Positions 38,461-42,879 of a stretch of DNA of 42,879 nucleotides are shown here, in pieces; within the stretch, counting starts at the first letter, position 1, and every line of letters starts with the position of its first letter. A model generated the notes under the pieces. The model did not search any database, was not told the DNA's origin, and was given only the letters and a program-made list of their open reading frames with translations. Both the position numbers and the translations under genes were made by a program. Source of the stretch: Seison nebaliae (Eukaryota); assembly GCA_023231475.1 (NCBI GenBank), contig JALJEE010000285.1, forward strand, positions 1 to 42,879, read 5' to 3'.

Positions 38461-40428
38461 ATGAGTGAATATCCGCTAAGTGTCGATCAATTACCATCAT
38501 ATAATGAATTCGTGCAAACAACTCAAGTTAGGAGTTTGAGAATTTGAAAATTTCAAATTTTGATCATATTTAGGTGTTGAACGAAAAGGAGAATGATTTC
38601 TCATTGAAAACTAATCGATCTGATTCAACTGTTCATTGGAAAGCGTTAATAACATGTCTGTTTCCTCCACTCAGTCTTTTGAACGAGTTGAATGGAAAGA
38701 AGAATGTAGAGAAGGAAAAATTGGATGATCCCATTAAAGAACTTTTAGTTCAACATCATCGGAAATTGAGAGAAATGCAAAAAAATATATCATTTCAATA
38801 TACGACAAGACAAATCCTCCATCGTCATGATCAACGATTCCGAAAAAGAAGTTATCAAAATTTTAAAATTTTAGAATTTTCAAACTTGTTTGACAGAAAC
38901 GAACAAATCGACAAAAGAATGGAATAAAACCATCGAGATGTATGAAGAAGAGAAGTTCGAGCAAATCGGTTGTGGCGGTGAAAGTTTCACTTATCGTTGT
39001 GTCACCGTTCCGAATGTGGTGGTGAAAGTGTTTCGTGGTGTAGACATTCTGAAACCGTCAACCGCCAAATTTCTCTCACTCATCGACCATGACAATGTCA
39101 TGAAATATTTGTTAGGAGACTTTTTCTTTTAGATTTTCGAACATTTTTAATTTGTAGTAATGTATGTTGTAATCCGCCTACCATATTTATGAAATATTGT
39201 GAATGTGGATCATTGAGGAGTATCATCGACAATCCTGCATATGAATTAGGACCATATTTGGTTCAAATGTGGTCGCTTGAAATATTGAATGGATTGGAAT
39301 ATTTGAACAGCAAACTCAATCTTGTTCATTGCGACCTCAAACCAGACAATTTACTCGTCGACGAGAATGGAACGATTCGTATTTCTGATATCGCTACTGC
39401 CCAACGGGAAAATACTGATTGTTCTTCTGCTTCCTTAACTTATACACCGTCATATGCAGCACCCGAAATTCTACAGTCAGGTATCTTAACATTGAAAACG
39501 GATATCTGGTCGTTTGGAATTGTTTATTACGAATTACTTTTAAGAGAACAACCTTATAAAAGTTTTCCTTTAATATTCTCTTTCTTAATCATCTCAATTC
39601 TTTTTTCTCATTCTTCTACTTCAAATACTTCAATCCTCTCAATTTTACTGTGATGAAACATTTGGGAAATTTGAAATTTTCTGAAATTTTTTTAATATTC
39701 ATTTTTGCAAATTAATTTATGGAATTTCTTAATGTGCCAATTATTTTTTTTCGAAATTCATCTATGCAATTCCTTAATATATATTCAAATTTCATTTTTG
39801 AAAATTTCGTTATGAAATTATTTTGTTGAAATTCAATTTTTGGAAATTTCATTATGAAATTATTCAATTAGATATGGAGAATCCGGCGATAACATACGCG
39901 AGTGGCAAAGGAAAATTGAGATTGATCATTCCCCAATCATTGTACGAAGTGATGAAAGATATTATAAGAAATTGTCAAAACATTCCTCCCAAATGTCGAC
40001 CAACTGTCCGTCAGTTAACAGATAGTATAATTTTGATGAAGATCGATGACGTCGATCTAACATCCAATCGGGAACATGAGTTTATGAGAGAGATATGGAG
40101 AGCGGAGATTAGTGAGACAATTACAAAGAGGTCGACAATGAAGAAAAAGAAGAAATTAGATTTGAAGAATTACCAGAAATCGAATAACGACGATCGTACA
40201 ATCGACAGTTTTCTCACTAATGCGACTTCGGATTATTATGACAAAATTTTCATGGACGAATCGAATATTGAGCAGAATGAGAAAAATAACAATAAGAATA
40301 ATGATAGCGATGGGAAATACAGTGAGGAGGAGGAGGAGGAGAATGACGCGAATCATCTAAGCAAGAGTGCGGAGTATCCTCGTTCAACGAGTTTTATGAT
40401 AAATAATCGAAAACATTCCCAGGCATAA
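38461..40428 (+). CDS. Divergent TKL protein kinase, DLK/LZK (MAP3K12/13)-like (5 exons)
   Basis: IGCGGES, VVVK, HDNV, MKYCECGSL, HCDLKPDN, AAPE, KTDIWSFGIVYYELL. DLK-like REQPYKNMENPAITYASGKGKLRLIIP, WRAEI and N-terminal WKALITCLFP. Four introns with donors GTTAGG (38527), GTTATC, GTTAGG and GTTTTC. Confidence 0.8.
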
Positions 40429-40939
40429 TATTTTTTGACTTTTCAAATTTTATCCTTTAATTTATTTTATTCATTATTTATTGATTATGCAAATCTTATG
40501 ACCATCAAGTCAAATCGATTAGTTGATTTGACTAGAGATCCAATATTTCAGAGAAATTCGACTTCACCGTTCAACTAATTCCTTTGTAATTAAATTTTAT
40601 TTCGTTTATATATGAGATTTAATGAATAAATTTCTCAAATTTATTTCAATGTTAATTTATGATAGAAGTAAATGAATAATCGTCAAATTGTCGATAAAGA
40701 GAAATTTAAAAAAAAAAGGTAGGAGAGGATATCGTTCTCATAATGCTTCTTTTCATAGTTAGTGTTATTCAATCAAATTACATGATACTTATTGGATTTT
40801 AACGTTGAAGTAAGATCGAAGGATAATTGTTGAACGCTTAAGATAATCGATGAAGGTGATTATGATTTGAATATAAATCAAATGGTTTCCCATTGAAATA
40901 TTTAAGTTTCAATTTATCATTTAAACCTTTAAACGACAA

Positions 40940-42694
40940 ATGGCTAATTTTGATCAAAATCAATCTAGCAACAGCTTTTCTTACGAAGCAAATAGCTCCT
41001 CGGGAGGTATGGACTTCGGTAACTCTGCTAATATGTCCGGATTCGGTGACGGTTCATCGTCCTCTGGAGGATACAGTTATCAATCATCCTCTTCGTTTGG
41101 AGGAGGAGCTGGTGCTGCTTCGGGTATTGCTTCTGGTGATTATTCTGCTATGTCAGGTTTCGGAGGAGCGGGAGCAAGTGGAGATATGCAATTCTCATCT
41201 TTCTCTTCCTCCTCTTCATCTGGTTCGGGAGATGCATCTGATGGTTTTGGTGCAGGTTATGGATCAGGTTCATTTGGTGGTTCCAGTTTCTCTTCTGGAG
41301 GTTCAAGTAATTGGGCAGCAGCTGAAAACAATATGATGCAACAAGTACAAAATGCTAATCAAAAAGTTCAACAAATAAACAATGCCAATGTCCAATACAA
41401 AATCAATTATGATCCAAATCCACAAGTGGTTCGTAAACAGAATAATGAAGCCGTCAAATACAAACAAGAAGTGGCAATTCGATATTTGCAACCACCAACC
41501 CCACCACCACCAGGTCCAATTATCATAAAAGAAGTTCGCCCACCAATGCCAGCACCAGCCCCACCTGTTATCATTCGACAACGACCCCCAAAACCGGCTA
41601 CACCACCACCAATGGTCGTTCGGGAGAATCCACCAAAACCACCAGCAACAATTGGACCGAAAGTTATCACTAAGCAATTACCTCGATTACCTCCACCACC
41701 GAGACGGGTTATTGTTGAACGACTCCCTCCACTACCACCAAAACCACGTTCGTTAATCATCGAAAGATGGTTGCCATACAAACAACAAAAACGTCGCGTA
41801 GTCTATCAACGAGCTGCAGCGGCAAAAGCACAAGCAGCTGTGAAAAATATGATTATTCAATGGACAGGACCACGAGCTCGAGTTGTGAAAGAAGTACGAA
41901 ATTTGGGTGTCATTAAAGTGAACCCACAAGCTTATCTGTCGAAATATCCTGGACAATTGAAAGATGTGAATAGTATTCAATCGGCACTCCAACAATTCGG
42001 ACTCGATATCAATAGTCAACAACTCGCACCACCAGCACATATCATGGCATCATTAAAAAATGCAGCAGCTAATGCAGCTAGTAAAGATTACGCTTCATTA
42101 ACTGCCAATGCCTCCAATAGCTACAGCGCATCAAATGCCTTAACTTCAGGATCATCATCATCATTCGACTCTTCAGCATCTGCTTCATATGGGGGAGAAG
42201 GTGATTTCAATATCAGTGGTCCCTTAACTAGTGGTGGTAGTTCGTTTGAAAGTGCTTCAGCTTCATGGAATTCCAGCTCAGGATTTGATAGTGGAAACAC
42301 TAGTTATGGTTCTGGATCTGGCCAATATGGAAGTGCTGATTTCGGTTCTTCTTCTGCATCTTCCGGAGGTCTTGATTTTTCTGCATCTTCAGGAAGTGCT
42401 GAATATTCGTCGTCTTCAGGAAGTGCCGAATCTTTTTCTGGAGGTGGTGAATTCTCATCATCAAGTGCAGAATTCTCTGGTGGAGTGGATTTAGGTGGTT
42501 TTAGTAGTATGGGAGGAGGTGCCGCTGGGGAATATTCTTCATCATCTATGTCATTCTCAAGTAGTTCAGGAGCAAGAACGAATTCTCCAGAAAATTTGGG
42601 TAACATATCAGCTGATATTAGAGCCATTATCGAAAGATACCGAATTCCTGGTTACAAAACCATTCAGGTAATTGTCGGCAACCAATCAATGTAA
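40940..42694 (+). CDS. Gly/Ser-rich head and tail protein with a central Pro/Val/Ile/Arg-rich repeat core (candidate structural protein)
   Basis: 584-aa ORF. Core DPNPQVVRK...YKQEVAIRYLQPPTPPPPGPIIIKEVRP...VIIRQRPP...RVIVERLPPLPPKPRSLIIERWLPY...NMIIQW, with G/S/F/Y-rich flanks. Confidence 0.85.
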   Translation: MANFDQNQSSNSFSYEANSSSGGMDFGNSANMSGFGDGSSSSGGYSYQSSSSFGGGAGAASGIASGDYSAMSGFGGAGASGDMQFSSFSSSSSSGSGDASDGFGAGYGSGSFGGSSFSSGGSSNWAAAENNMMQQVQNANQKVQQINNANVQYKINYDPNPQVVRKQNNEAVKYKQEVAIRYLQPPTPPPPGPIIIKEVRPPMPAPAPPVIIRQRPPKPATPPPMVVRENPPKPPATIGPKVITKQLPRLPPPPRRVIVERLPPLPPKPRSLIIERWLPYKQQKRRVVYQRAAAAKAQAAVKNMIIQWTGPRARVVKEVRNLGVIKVNPQAYLSKYPGQLKDVNSIQSALQQFGLDINSQQLAPPAHIMASLKNAAANAASKDYASLTANASNSYSASNALTSGSSSSFDSSASASYGGEGDFNISGPLTSGGSSFESASASWNSSSGFDSGNTSYGSGSGQYGSADFGSSSASSGGLDFSASSGSAEYSSSSGSAESFSGGGEFSSSSAEFSGGVDLGGFSSMGGGAAGEYSSSSMSFSSSSGARTNSPENLGNISADIRAIIERYRIPGYKTIQVIVGNQSM

Positions 42695-42879
42695 ATCGAT
42701 CTATCCAACGATTAACAAACTTGAATTACAAAGACACTTGTAAGTAAAATAATACAAAATTTTGTTCATTTTTGAATGAGGAGAACTATTAATTATTCCA
42801 ATGATATTTTGTCCTTTATTGGAGTCCAATCTCCTCCCAAATTTTACTAATAGATATCACTTTTATTTTTTTCGACGAT

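Noticed and set aside
1..42879. Alternative genetic code, stop read-through, CRISPR array or prokaryotic operon
   Set aside because: In-frame stops in the conserved genes are explained by short GT-AG introns under the standard code. There are no regularly spaced repeat-spacer units, and gene content is metazoan.

Overview
AT-rich, gene-dense animal (metazoan) nuclear DNA with very short spliceosomal introns (mostly about 40-70 nt). The lineage is probably rotifer/Syndermata, inferred from the Pro-rich protein at 40.9 kb and the compact architecture. Genes in order: HECW-type C2-WW-HECT E3 ligase (minus, runs off the left edge), ASNSD1 (minus), SUCLA2 (minus), tRNA-Pro(AGG), DEG/ENaC channel 1 (minus), an intronless secreted/GPI-type protein with two GPR158-like Cache+EGF modules and no 7TM (minus), a decayed non-LTR reverse transcriptase, DEG/ENaC channel 2 (plus), an 832-aa low-complexity PPxY protein, ALKBH4 (minus), a single C2H2 finger protein, a divergent DLK/LZK-like kinase, and a Gly/Ser-flanked Pro-rich protein. 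Most striking: about 35 of 39 hand-reconstructed intron donors begin GTT and none has GTAAG/GTGAG. Also notable are the ENaC / Cache-EGF-GPI / ENaC cluster, a structured poly(A)-tailed element sharing an 18-bp 3' motif with the LINE remnant, a triplicated promoter+start-codon block, a ~290-bp foldback palindrome and a duplicated splice donor. All exon structures were derived by hand from reading frame and remembered protein homology. No searches or transcript data were used.
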